A stretch of DNA of 64,000 nucleotides. Source: an uncultured Planctomycetia bacterium (GTDB lineage Bacteria > Omnitrophota > Gorgyraeia > 2-01-FULL-45-10). The position numbers and the translations under genes are program-made. A model generated the notes under the pieces. That model was not told the DNA's origin and did no database searches. It saw only the letters and a program-made list of their open reading frames with translations. The stretch lies in the NCBI GenBank assembly GCA_964352425.1, contig CAYGRZ010000004.1, forward strand, positions 2,647-66,646. Reading direction: 5' to 3'. Shown one piece after another: positions 50,301 to 62,300 of the stretch. Numbering within the stretch: position 1 is the first letter of the stretch; the number at the start of each line of letters is the position of its first letter.

Positions 50301-53300
50301 TCTTCTCTCTGGGTGGACACCGGGCTAAAGATATTTTTTATCCGCTGCCGCATCCTCGGGAAGAACCATTCTTTAGCGAACGGAGAGGCCGCTTTTTCCG
50401 CGAGCCTTAATTTTTCTCCGAGGGCCTTCTCCCGATCGGCTACCGCATCCCGCAGCCGCTCTCTGAGCTTGAGTTCTTCTTTCCTGGCATTAGCCGCCTT
50501 CTTCCTAACCTCATCGAACTTTTTTAACAGGCTGTCGGCCTTTATAAACGAGCTCTCGAGCGGTTCCTCCTTCGCGAACTCCTCTATGTCTGCATCGTTG
50601 TCCCGCAAGTCGGCCGCGAGCTCCTCAAGCTCCCGGATCAGATTGAATTCCGCCATCCCCCGCATCTTCGGGTCACTGCGATATGCGTCCGTCAATTCCT
50701 TGATGTCCGATAATATCTGGCGTAACTTTGCGGGCTTTTCTTTGGTGAATCTCTCCTGCTGGTACACGTCGTTCGCTTTCGCCACTTTTTCTATGCTGCC
50801 GCGCAGGGCCTCCCATGCGATGAATTTCGGATCTTTTACGGACTTCCGCAATTTCTGTATCTTGCCGTCCAGGACACCCGCCTTCTCCAAAGCGATGAAT
50901 AGATCATTAAAAGTTTTTTTGTCATCCATGCCCTCGACCTGCTTGAGGCGCTTCTTTATGCTGTCTACGGCCGCTATATATCCGTTTTGTTCAAAATATA
51001 TCAATGTATACACGTTGGTGATATCGCGGATCGCCTTTCCAACGGTGCCGGTATAATTCCCGGTGACCGCCAGCATCTGCTTGACGTTATCCTGCCATAT
51101 GCTGAGATCTGCGGGGTCCGCCATCCTCCCTGTCAGAATCTTATATTTTTCGTCATCCGGCAGGTCTTTCTCGGCGGGGCTTACATATATGAAATTCAGC
51201 AGCACCTGAGCCCAGTTTGCCACTTCTTCGCCGTTGAGCGGCCTCCAATGATGTTTCGCAAGCGCGTCAACGATAAATTCGGCGGAGAGCCTCTTCTCAA
51301 TCGTAGCGGCGTCCGTTACGCCTTCGTCGTAGAAGTTGTCTACCCGTGAATTTATTACGCCCTGGCGGTGGACCAGATAGAAATCCTTCCTGAACGCCTC
51401 CATGTAGCTGCTCACCGTCCGGGGATCAAGGGCCACGCCATATCTATCCGCCTTCTTCTCCAGCTCCTTGATCTTCTTGTCGACCTCATGGTCCCTCACC
51501 ATCTCAAAATCGGTTCCCTTCCTGGAGATGGCAACGACCCTTTTATCGGCGAGGTCCGACACAAGCTCCCGCAGGTTCAGTTTAACCGCTATATCTTTCA
51601 GGGGGACGGGCTTTCGAATGCCGGACAGTCTCCTGTAATTATCATCGACTATGAACGGATCGGCTACGGACGAAAGATATCCGTCCCTGTAGATATCGGC
51701 AAATTCTTCCTCCGCGCGGTCCCGTATCAGCTTCTTCTCCTCTTCGGGGAGTGCCGCGCCGAATGCCGCTTCTTTCTGCTTGATCTTTATTGCGACGAAC
51801 AGTTCCTTCTCGGCCTGATTTGCCGCTATCGGTTTGTCCAGTATTAACCTGTTCACCTCGTTGCGGTACGCGATGATATCGTCCATCAACGTCGTATCGC
51901 TTTCTTCTATGACCTCTTTCCCCAGCAGCTCTACAAAATCCCGTGCCATGGCCATATGCTTCCCGAACATCACGGCATCGCTGTACCCGGCGAGGTTCTT
52001 GAAATTCTTTGCCGCGGGGTAGGCCTTTGTAAAAAGGAGCCTTATATTATCTTTCTGCTCATCGGCCGGAGCGAGCCCGTCGCTATTTAAGAACCGGCCG
52101 ACCCACGTGTTCTTATTGATAAGCACATCTATGGTTATGGCGAGCCTGAGACCTTCTCTCTCCTCCTCGCTCCCTGTTATGAGGTGTATATAGGGCTCTA
52201 TTGTTTTGGATACGTTTGCCAGTATGGTTAAAACACGTTCCACCTGAGATGCCGAGAGGTCTCTGTCGCTGGCGAACTGCGTCCACCACATCGTCTTGCC
52301 CATCAGGATGGTGTCGGTCACCTTGGCCAATTCCTGCCTGTACGCAGGGGTCTCGCGCTTGCCCATGAGCTTCAATACCATGAGGCGCGCGCCCTCCGGC
52401 ATCTTAAGCACCGCCTCTTCGTTCAGGTTATAAAAGCCTTTGATGAACGGCGCGATCGCGTTCATGAGTTCCACGTTTTTCGCCAACTGGGCGCCGGTCC
52501 AGTCATTCCGTATGGGCAGAGCCGCAACGGCTCCCAATACTCCGGAGTCGAGGGCATCCCCCTGTTCATATACGGCTCTTCCGTGGATCAGCTGGGCTAT
52601 GTCGCGCGACCGGTTGGCGGCGTCTATCCTTTCATCGGTCGATAATTTTGCCCATTCAGCACGGTCGAGGCGCCTGGTCACGGCGTCCTCCCACGCCAGA
52701 TACTGCCGGCTCGGCTCCAGTTTATTTGCCAGGTCAGCATCGAACCGGTTATACAGGCCGATGTTCTCAAGATCCTCCCTGGCCTCTTTTGCCATGATCC
52801 TGTCCCTGGCCTGCGCTCTGGTCATGCCAGGGTTCTCGGCCATAAGGAAAGCGACCCTGCGCGCGTAATAGGCCGGCAGCCCTATCTTCGCGTAGCTCAG
52901 GTCGTCTTCCCAGCTTAACGGCTTCAGGTGGTCTTCGAAGAAGCTGGGCAGTTTGGGGATCTTTGCCATCTCACCCTTCAGAACATCCGAAAAATACGCC
53001 AGATCTTCAACGAACTCCCCGAAATCTTTGTCGGCGGGATTCAACTTATGCGCGATACCATACCTGTACAGCATATTGGCGACGCTGACCGCCTGCTTTT
53101 CCTTTATGCCCAGGGCGCCCATTATCTTCGAAACCTCGTCGCTGTTAACGGCCTTCCGGGCCTCCGCGGAAACGGCATTTTCGATCTTTTTCCTGTACAG
53201 GTTGTTTTCGCCCTTTTCGAGAGCCTTGGCCAGGTTCATATCGGGTGCTATGCGCGATTTTATCCTGGCGGCATCTCCATCTAATTCCTTCATCCTGCCC

Positions 53301-56300
53301 TTGAGGATATCCACCTTCTGCCGTGCAATGGCAAGCTCGGCGGAGACGGCCGCAAGTCTTTCGGCGTCCGCGGCCGGCGCCGGCTTTTCGGCGACCTCTG
53401 CCGGCATCCCGGCAGCCGGCAGCGCTTCGGCCTCTTTCTTTTTCTCAAACGCCTCGCTGTCTTCCTTGGTGATGAGGTTATTGAACAGCATCTCTATCCG
53501 CATATCGATCGCGCTGATCTTCGCGATGGTATCCGCAAGGGTCATCTCGTCACGCCGCAGCCACTCTTCCTGCTCTTTAAGCTGCGTTATCCCGATCTTC
53601 CCCTCAAGATACGCCTTCCTCATGTGCGCAACGATCTTCGGCCTGTCATGATACGCTTTTTGCGCCGCCTCGAGCTCCTTCAGCGCGCCGGTCCGCTCTT
53701 TCATAAGATCGTCTAGTTGCTTCCTGAGGTCCTTTAAGGCCTGCGCTATGTCGCGCTTGAGCTGGTTGGCGGTCTCTTTAGCCTTTGCTCCTCCGCCGAA
53801 CCAGCTGAACAGCCGGAACTTGTTGAGCTTAATATTCAGATTGATGCTCCACGCCAGGTCAACCTTGTTGACGAACTTTTTGGCCGCCTGATCGTACGAT
53901 TTGTCAAATCTCGAGGCGCTCAGAGAGAGCCATATGTTCTCCCATCTTCCCATCGCCGCCTCTATCAGGGCCGCCTTCTGCCGGTTTTCCAGCTCCCTGA
54001 TATGCGGGTTATTTTTAACGATATCCGCCCATATCGCATCAAGGTCCACGGGCAGCTTCATTTCCGGTTCTTTAGTAAGGGCCGCGAGCAGTTGGTTAAC
54101 ATCTGCGGGCTTCCCTTCCTTTTCGTCCTTGCCGGCTGCGGTTATCGACGTTATGTCTCCGACCTCCTTCAGGTCGTACAGTATGCTAAGCTGCAACAAA
54201 CGGATCCTGCTCTCGGCCGCGCGCTTTATCTCTTTGGTTTTATCGATGAGCGCCTTATATTCGTCAAGGCGGGTATCGTTCAGGACGGGGTTGTGGGCAT
54301 TATACTCCTCGATCTTGCGGAGCTGGGACTCCTGCTCATTCAGCATGACCAGCAGCGATGCGACCTTCCCGCGCTCGCCGGCCAGCTGCGCGTATAATTG
54401 CTCTATCTCCATCCTCTTGTTGAATTCGACGCCTTTTCTGCTCCATACGTCCGCTTCTTTATCAAGATTTGCCTTTCTCAGGCCCCTGAAGAAGATATCA
54501 GGCTCGCTGACCGCCTTGAAGCCGTATCGCTCGGCATCCTCTGCCCGGTAATTTATCTTCCAGAGCGTCGCAGCCTCCTTTTTTTCTATCTCCTTATTCA
54601 CGTTATCTGCTCCGCCGTACTTCTCGTAGGCGGGACCAACATCTATATTGAACGTCCTCCACCACGCGCTTTGCACGTCGATATTCGCTTTATCGACCGC
54701 CGCCTGCGCAGCCGCAACCTCTTCGGATCTCTGTATCGCATCTTCCTTGACCGCCTTCCCGTCAAGCGCCGTAATCGCGTCCTTTTTGGCAAGGGCCGCT
54801 TCTACATACTTCCTGAATTTGATTATCTCTTTGGATTCGCCGTCTCTCGGCGCCGTCTGTTGTTCAAGAGCCTTGATCCTGTCGCCCGACCGCTCAAGGG
54901 CCGCCGTCACCTCCTGAAGGACGAGTTCCGCCTCTACGACCCTCTTCGAGGCATCGGCGAGTTCCGCCCGTTTCCCCGTTATGGCGGCCGGCGTCGAAAC
55001 CGTCGAGGCCTCCAGGTCGGCCAGCCCTTTTGCTATTTTGTTTTTGTGCTCTTTCGCGGCATCAAGGCCGGCCGTAGCGCTTATTACCTCGTCCCGGTCG
55101 GCCCTGTATCCATTGATCCAGCCGATAACCACCCGTTCGGCCCCGCCGATTGCCATTTGCTGGTCCTTCTTCGTCCTGGCGACATCCGGCTTGAACTTGC
55201 CTACTGTCACATTATGGAAGAACGGTATGAGGCTCGTGAACGCGCCAAAGCTCCACGTATCCTCAAGGATGTTATATTCGCCCGTCAGTGATATGTCATA
55301 CGGCTCGCCGGTCCTCGCTGCCGCCACCGCATATTCCCATGCCTCCAGGTAGCGCAGAAGCGCCATTATCGCGGCCGCGTCCGCCTCGGCCTTGTCATAC
55401 TTGCCGGCGGCCTTCAGGTCGCTGATCTCTTTGGCGATGCTTTGCAGGCTTTCGATCTCTACGGCAAGGTCCGCCCCCTCGGCCTGGAGCCTCAAGAGCT
55501 CATCCTCAGAGCTCTTTATCTGCCTGTTAACCACGTTTACTTCATCGGGGGCCACGCCTGCATACACCCCTTCTTTTTGCTGGTACTCCAGCGAGCTCTC
55601 GAGCTGTTTTTTTAATTCCTGCTCGAGCTCTATCCTGTCTCTTAACGCGGCTATCCTTTTTGTGTTCGCTTCAAGCGCCGCCCCGGCAGCCTCCTCCCTG
55701 TGCATAAGCTCATTCTTCGCGGCGACCAGCTCCCGTTCTTTCATCAGCAGGAAGGCAACCCTCTGCATGACCATGGGCTTCTTTTTGCTCGGCAATCCCT
55801 CTATCCGTATATCGAGGCCCGCGCCTATAGGCTTCGATTCCCAATCGTACACGAAATTGAGGACTTTACGGTCTTTCGGCGGAATAGCGCGCGTTTCCGG
55901 CGTAAGACGCCCTTCCGCTTCGGCCATGAACTGCTCCCGCGCATCTTTAACAGACTGCGGCAGGGGCCCTTCCTTCTGACTGGTCAAGGTTACGCTGTAT
56001 CGCATCGCGTCTTTTGCCTTAGTGCCGTAAGGAGCTGCTGAAACCGACATGCCCGGCACCATTACCGTCTTCCAGATCTTGTATTTATTATTGATCTCGT
56101 CGATGTGCGCCTGCTGTATCGCACCTGCCACCGTGATCCGCTCCAGCGCCCTTCTGTTCTGCTCGGCCCTGGCCCTGGCATCCTGGCCCTCCTTCAGCCT
56201 CTCCATATCCTGCTCGAGGGTATCGGCCGCCTGTTTCAGCCTGTCAGCATATTCTCTGGTGTTCTGGAATAAAAGCCACGTCTTCTCGGCGCCTATCTTT

Positions 56301-59300
56301 TCGCTTAAAGCGCGCAGATATGCGACCACTTCCCTGCTCATCGTGTCTATGCGTTTATCGACGATCGCGTCTATGGTTTCATCATTCAGCGCGCCTGCCG
56401 GTATAGCCGCCCTGTCAAAACCCATCTCCTCCAGCGCGCTCAGGATGTTTTCGATTGTCGCTGCGATGCGCGCGGCATCTCCCCTGCTCGAGACGGCTAT
56501 CATTTCTGCCTTCACATAATCGACCTGAGAGATGATTCCTTTGTCCGCTCTCTCCTTAGCTATCTTGGCGGAGGCGGCGGCATCGGCCTCGATCCCCTGT
56601 AAAACTTCAAGCCTGGCACGGCTTAGCGACAGCAATTTCATGAGGCGCACGCTATTCACATATCTCGCCCCCAGCTCCTCCATCAGGTCCGTCCTGGAAA
56701 GAGCCGTGTTCAGCTTCTGTATCTCTGCCGTTGAGGTGGTCGGGAATTTTATAGTAAGGCCCACCCCGAGCGGCGTCGTTGTCGTAACGGAGTATGCCTT
56801 TTCCGTGGCTGTCGCGTCAACGTCTCTGGTTGTCGTGCTGAATTTTGCGTGTAATGCCAGCCTGAAATTGCTGTTCTTATCGGCAAATATCTCATTCAAT
56901 ATGCTGCTCTGTATCCCGAATGCCTTAAGCAGCGCCCTGGCATCCCCGCCGCTTTCTTTTCCCCTTGACCGCACGGCCTTTTCTTTCAGGGCAAGAAGTT
57001 CGCTTTGCAGGGCCTGGTTCACAGCCGTCATATCGTCCGTGTCTATCGCTACGGCGTCCGCGCCGTCGTAATCACCCAGGTCCCGTATCATGGCGAGAGA
57101 CCGCTCCCGCGCTTGCCTGGCGACCTCGTAGAGCCGCTTGGCGTCTTCTTTTCTGGCCGTCAGGTCCTGTATGGGCCACGCTTTGGAAGGCCGGGCTCTC
57201 GCCTGTTTATATGCCTCCCCGAGCGCCCGGAGATTCTTCTCGTAGGCATCTTTTGCCAGCGCTTCGGCGGTCCCGGCCGCCTTGTAAATATCCATCGCCT
57301 TCCTGATGTTTAACAGGAGATCGTAACAGTAGAGATACTCTTCGAGCTCTCCGCCTTCCATGTTCTGTCTGGCGATGACCCGGCTTATATCTCTCGTGGC
57401 ATCCCATACGACCCAATCGAGCTGGGCTCCGTACGATACGAAATTCCCCGTCGCTGACGAACCTATGCCGGCGCTCAGCGTAAGCTCCGGAGCATACTGC
57501 GCCCACTTGCTCTGCTTCTTCGCCAGTATCCGCTGTATCCTTGTATTCGACCTCGTGGCCTCCGCCCGTGCCGATTCCATACCATGCCTGTACACATCTC
57601 CGAGCGTGACTTTTTTCTGAGCCTCGACAGCGCCCGTCGTAAGAAGCCCGAGCTCGCTGTTCACGGATTCTATTTCGGAATCTACGGACCTTTGCAGCTC
57701 TTTCTGCTCTCCTTCAAGGCGCAGGCTCTCGGCTTCCTTCCTCTTCAGTTCCTCTGCGGCTCTGGTACGCTTCGCGTTAAGCTCATTTTCAGAGGCCTTG
57801 ATCATGAACGCAAACTCTTTTTCGGCGGCCTCTTTGGCTGCGGCGCGCGCGGCGGCGAGATCGGGTTTCTGTCTGACTATGCCCCGTATGCCGGCCTTGA
57901 CGCGGTCGAGCATCGAGGGCGCCGGCGCGGGGATGGTTGTAGCCGGCAGTTGCACCGAAGGCTTCGGCATTGAAAGCGCGGGTGCCGTCGGTACCGGCGC
58001 TGTCGGTACCGGCGCCGGCGCTGCCTTCTCAGGCAGTATATTCTCGGGCTTTACCCCGGCAAAATCGAACTTCTGAGCGCCATAGATCTCGGCCAGGAGG
58101 CTGTATTTACCGACCGATTTTAAATACTTTTCGACATATTCCGAGTTCTTCGATCCTGCGAGCCCCAATACGAGCATTCCCTGGTCAAACGCGAGTATGG
58201 TCCTGCCCTTTGTCCCTTCTTTCGTTATGACATCGACCCATCCTTGCGGCGTCATTACACTGGGATACGCCGCCTTCAGGCTGTTGATAAGGCTGGATCC
58301 GACCCGCGGGATCACAAGGCCTGTAAGCGCGGAAGCATGAGGCGATCCTGCGCTGGTAAAGACATCCTTAGTATTATTGAATACTGCTACCGTCTCGGCT
58401 ATCGCGGGAACGCCGAATACCGGATATGTGCCGCGCTTGAGCCCGCTTGCCGTAGACAGGAGGGCCGGCAATCCCCTGACGTTAAGCGCATAATCGATGT
58501 GAATTGCAATAGTGTTGAGGTTGGCCTTCGCATAGCCTTCGGGCGATAAGGCGCTTTCGTTGATCCAGGCGTTCGGCAGCAAGGCCTGGAAGACCGTCCC
58601 GTCCCACGTATAGACGGCGTATATCTCCTCGCCCTCCCGCGTAATGTATGGAGTCTTGGTTACCGGTAATTCCATGTTAGTGAACGCCTTGACCGGTACC
58701 TGGCCGTCGCTGAACAGGATCGCCCACAGGGGTGCTATCCTGCTCTCATTGTACCTTCTGTCCAGGTGATATTCGGTTTTCAGTTTATAGCCGGCCCGCA
58801 GCAATCCGCTGCCTATTGTGGTCTTTTTGTTTCCATCATACAATGCCGCCCAACCCTTCTTCTGCGCATCTATGATCTTTTGTGCGGCCGCGGCTATATC
58901 TTTATTCTTCCCGTCATCCTGGAATCTTCCTATCAAAGCGGCCAGGGACCAGCAGAGGTTCCCGTTATCTACCGCGGACACGCCGCGCGCCTCATCCTTG
59001 ACCGCTGTGCCGTGTTTAAACTGGTACCACCAGAACAAGCCGCTGATATTTTGGCTCTTATCCGCCTGCAGTTCCTGCAGGGACCCTAAGGCTTTTCTTA
59101 TTCTGGTGAGGGCCTCGGCAGGCGTAACGCCTTCCATCTCGGCGTCGCCCGAGGCGACCAGCATCATGCAGTTCAGGTATACACCCGCATCCGTCGGGTT
59201 AAAATATTTCCCGGTACTGTCAATGGACTTCCTGCTGCTGTCCAGCAGGATGTGGTTGTACGGCAGGCCCGTAGAACTGTCTATGTTGTCCTTAAAATAC

Positions 59301-62300
59301 CTCAGGTTCTCTTTTATTGCTGCTTTTCTGCCGTTCTCTTCTATCTGTGCCGTATCAAGCGTCTTCACTTCGCTGGGAAGCTGCTCGCGCGAAGGGATCG
59401 CTGCCGCAGGCGGGGCGACTCCGGTGTGCGGCGCGGCCTCCGGCTTAGTGATCGCAACCTGCGGCGCTTGCGGCACAACGAGTTCGCTCTTCTCGAGAGC
59501 GTCAAATATGATACGTACATTTTTCCTCAGCCGCTTGAATCCGTCAAGCTCCTGAGGAGAATACTTCGATATCACTTTAAGCATGGCGGCCTGGGCTTCA
59601 TTCAGCTTTTCGCCGCGCGCCTGCGCAACCAGCGCTTCCGCTCTAAGCCTGTACTCTTCCTGCGGATACACGAGCGTCGGCGTAATGCCTGCGGATATTG
59701 CCACTGCCATGCCGAGCATCCGCGATAAGGATTGCGTAAACTCCCTTCCTGTGCGTTTTTCGATATTCATGTTATACGCGTAGATCACGCACGCCGCGAT
59801 GACCGTGACCGTAGCCGCGATCAGGTAGATGCCCAGGGCTGTGAGCGTAGCGCCCATGGCGCCGAAGAGGAAGTACGCCGAACCGCCGATCGTGAAGGCG
59901 TACATTATCACACTTCTCGAATTCGGTATAAAAGACATGAAGAACTGCCTCCAGAATCCCTGTCCCAGCTTCTCCGTCTCGCGGCCTATGCGCACGGCCA
60001 GCAGCGTCTGCATGGTGAGCATCGCTATGCCTATGATCGCTATCGGAAGCCCTATCATCCCTCCCATTATGGCGGTGGGAGTAACGACCGACAGGAGTCC
60101 GACAAGCCCGATACCTGCGGCCAGGCCCAGCACGCCTCCGGCCAGGACCGGCCATTTTGCCCTGTCGGCCTCGGCCTTCTGGGACATCGTGCTGGCACCC
60201 AGCATCACGGCCATGGACGCGCCTGCCGCGCCTTTAGCCGCGATCGAGGCGGCGATCTCGTCCGCCCCGAACTGAACCAGGAACATCACTACAACTGAAA
60301 CGGTAAGCGCCATTATAAAAGCATTGACGGCCCTGCCGAACCTGCCGGGGGCTATATCCTTTGCCTTTGACTCGAAATCTTTATTATAAATCATCGCGAG
60401 CATGATACTGGATATCAAAGCAAACAGGCTCGACCCGAATGCCAGGACGATGATGGGTATGCCGCCCAGGGCGATGCCGGGATGCGCGACCGCGATAGCG
60501 AGCGCGCCTATCGATGCCGGGATCCCCATCTGCGCCAGTACCTGCGCGACCATCATGCCGATCCATTTTATGGCGGCCACCGTGCCGCCCGTGAAGCCGC
60601 CCTTGCCTCTGCCCTGTACATATGCCATGAAGTGGTCGCTGGTCCTGTCGAGGGCCGATATCTTCAGTCCGGTCGCAAGGCGAAGCACCAGGGCCGGTAT
60701 CAGCATAGCACCTATGGAAAGGCCCGCGCCCATAAGATCGCTGTTCAACGTCGCAGTAAAAGGCGTAATAAGAGAATCTGTCAAAGGCCGTACGCCGTAA
60801 TAAGAGAATATGATGCCGACCCCCAGAATGAAAGTTATCATGGCTATCGACTTTATAAAGTTCGCCAGGAATGGGCTCAGGAAACCGGGCCTCGGAACAT
60901 CTTTGACATCCGCGACACTGCCCTTTAGAGCACCCGCCATATTATCGGCCGCGCCACGCCACAGACCATCTAAAATCGCCCTGAATTCTACCGCCACGGC
61001 ATCAAACTCCGTAAACTCTGTCGGCGGCTGGGCGAGCTGTATGCCGCGGGCGAGCTTCTGGGACAAATACCCCATCCGCTTTCTTATCTTCTGCTGACCT
61101 GTCTGGAATTTGGCGACCGCGCGTACCGCCTTCTCATTCGTGACCTGCCTGGCCGTTTCAAGCTCCACCGGATTCAGGCCGGCTTTTACCTTCTCGTATA
61201 CCGATTCCCCCTTCTCGTCTTTTCCTAACGATGCCTCAACAAGCCACTTGAATTTTTCCGGTGTGCTGGTGCCGTCTATGATATGCGCGATCCGTTTCTG
61301 TAAGTCGAAGATCTCTTTCTCTTTTTCGCGGCGCCTCTCGTCGTTCCTGTTCTCGGCGCTCACTATCATGTCCCACGCCGTGCCAACAAGCCCGCTTAAA
61401 TACGCTTTGTCCTCTGCAGAGCCTGTCGCCCTCGCTTTTCGGGCCGCATCCGCAAGCTCGTCGTATACCGACTTCAGCGTCTCTTTATTCTCCTTAAAGA
61501 CCGACTCGTCGAACGAGAAGAGGCACTCGTAGGTGCCTTCGTTTATTCCTCTGTCCGCACGCAATTTAGTCTGCGTCGCGAGGGCCCGGTATTTGTCGAG
61601 GTCAAGTGACAGGACAGCAAGCCCGGGGGCAAGCTTTCCTACTGGCGGCACCTCTACGGGGACCTGCTTACCGTCGGCAGCCGTTTCGGTCCGCTCGACA
61701 GGGTTGCCCTCAGGATCCAATACGGCTTTGCCGTCAGCGCCTTTTTCAAGATACCGTCCTTTTATACCTATATTTATAGCGCGGTGGAGTACGTTAGTGG
61801 CGATCGTGATCACATTGGCATACCCGCCCATGGCCACCGCCCTGCGCAGCTCTTCCGGATTTTCTCCGCTCGCCATGTTTATGATTATTCCGCGGGCCTC
61901 CAGCTCATTGTGCAGATTTTTCTCTATATAGTCCCTGAAGTCTTTGGCTTCCTCATCATCCCCCAGCTTTATGAGGATCGGCCGATTGTTCGCAAGCCTG
62001 TCACGAAGCTTTGCGAGAGACGCCGACCACTTCTCATCCCGCGTAGCGAAGCCCTCGTGGCCGAGATCCTTAAGCGTTATCTTCACGCCCTCGACGCGCC
62101 GCACCTCTCTTCCGAATATAGCCTTAAAGCGCGAGCCCTCCAGGGTACCGCTGGTGGCCGCAAAACCATCCGTCATCTCATTCTGGGTAAGGTACTGCAC
62201 TATGTTCTGGGCCGCCAGCGTCTCTGTCTCAGGCGAGATCTTCTCCGCTTTCAGCGCTATTTCGATAGCCTGCTGGAGCCCTTCGCCGAAATTCATCCCG

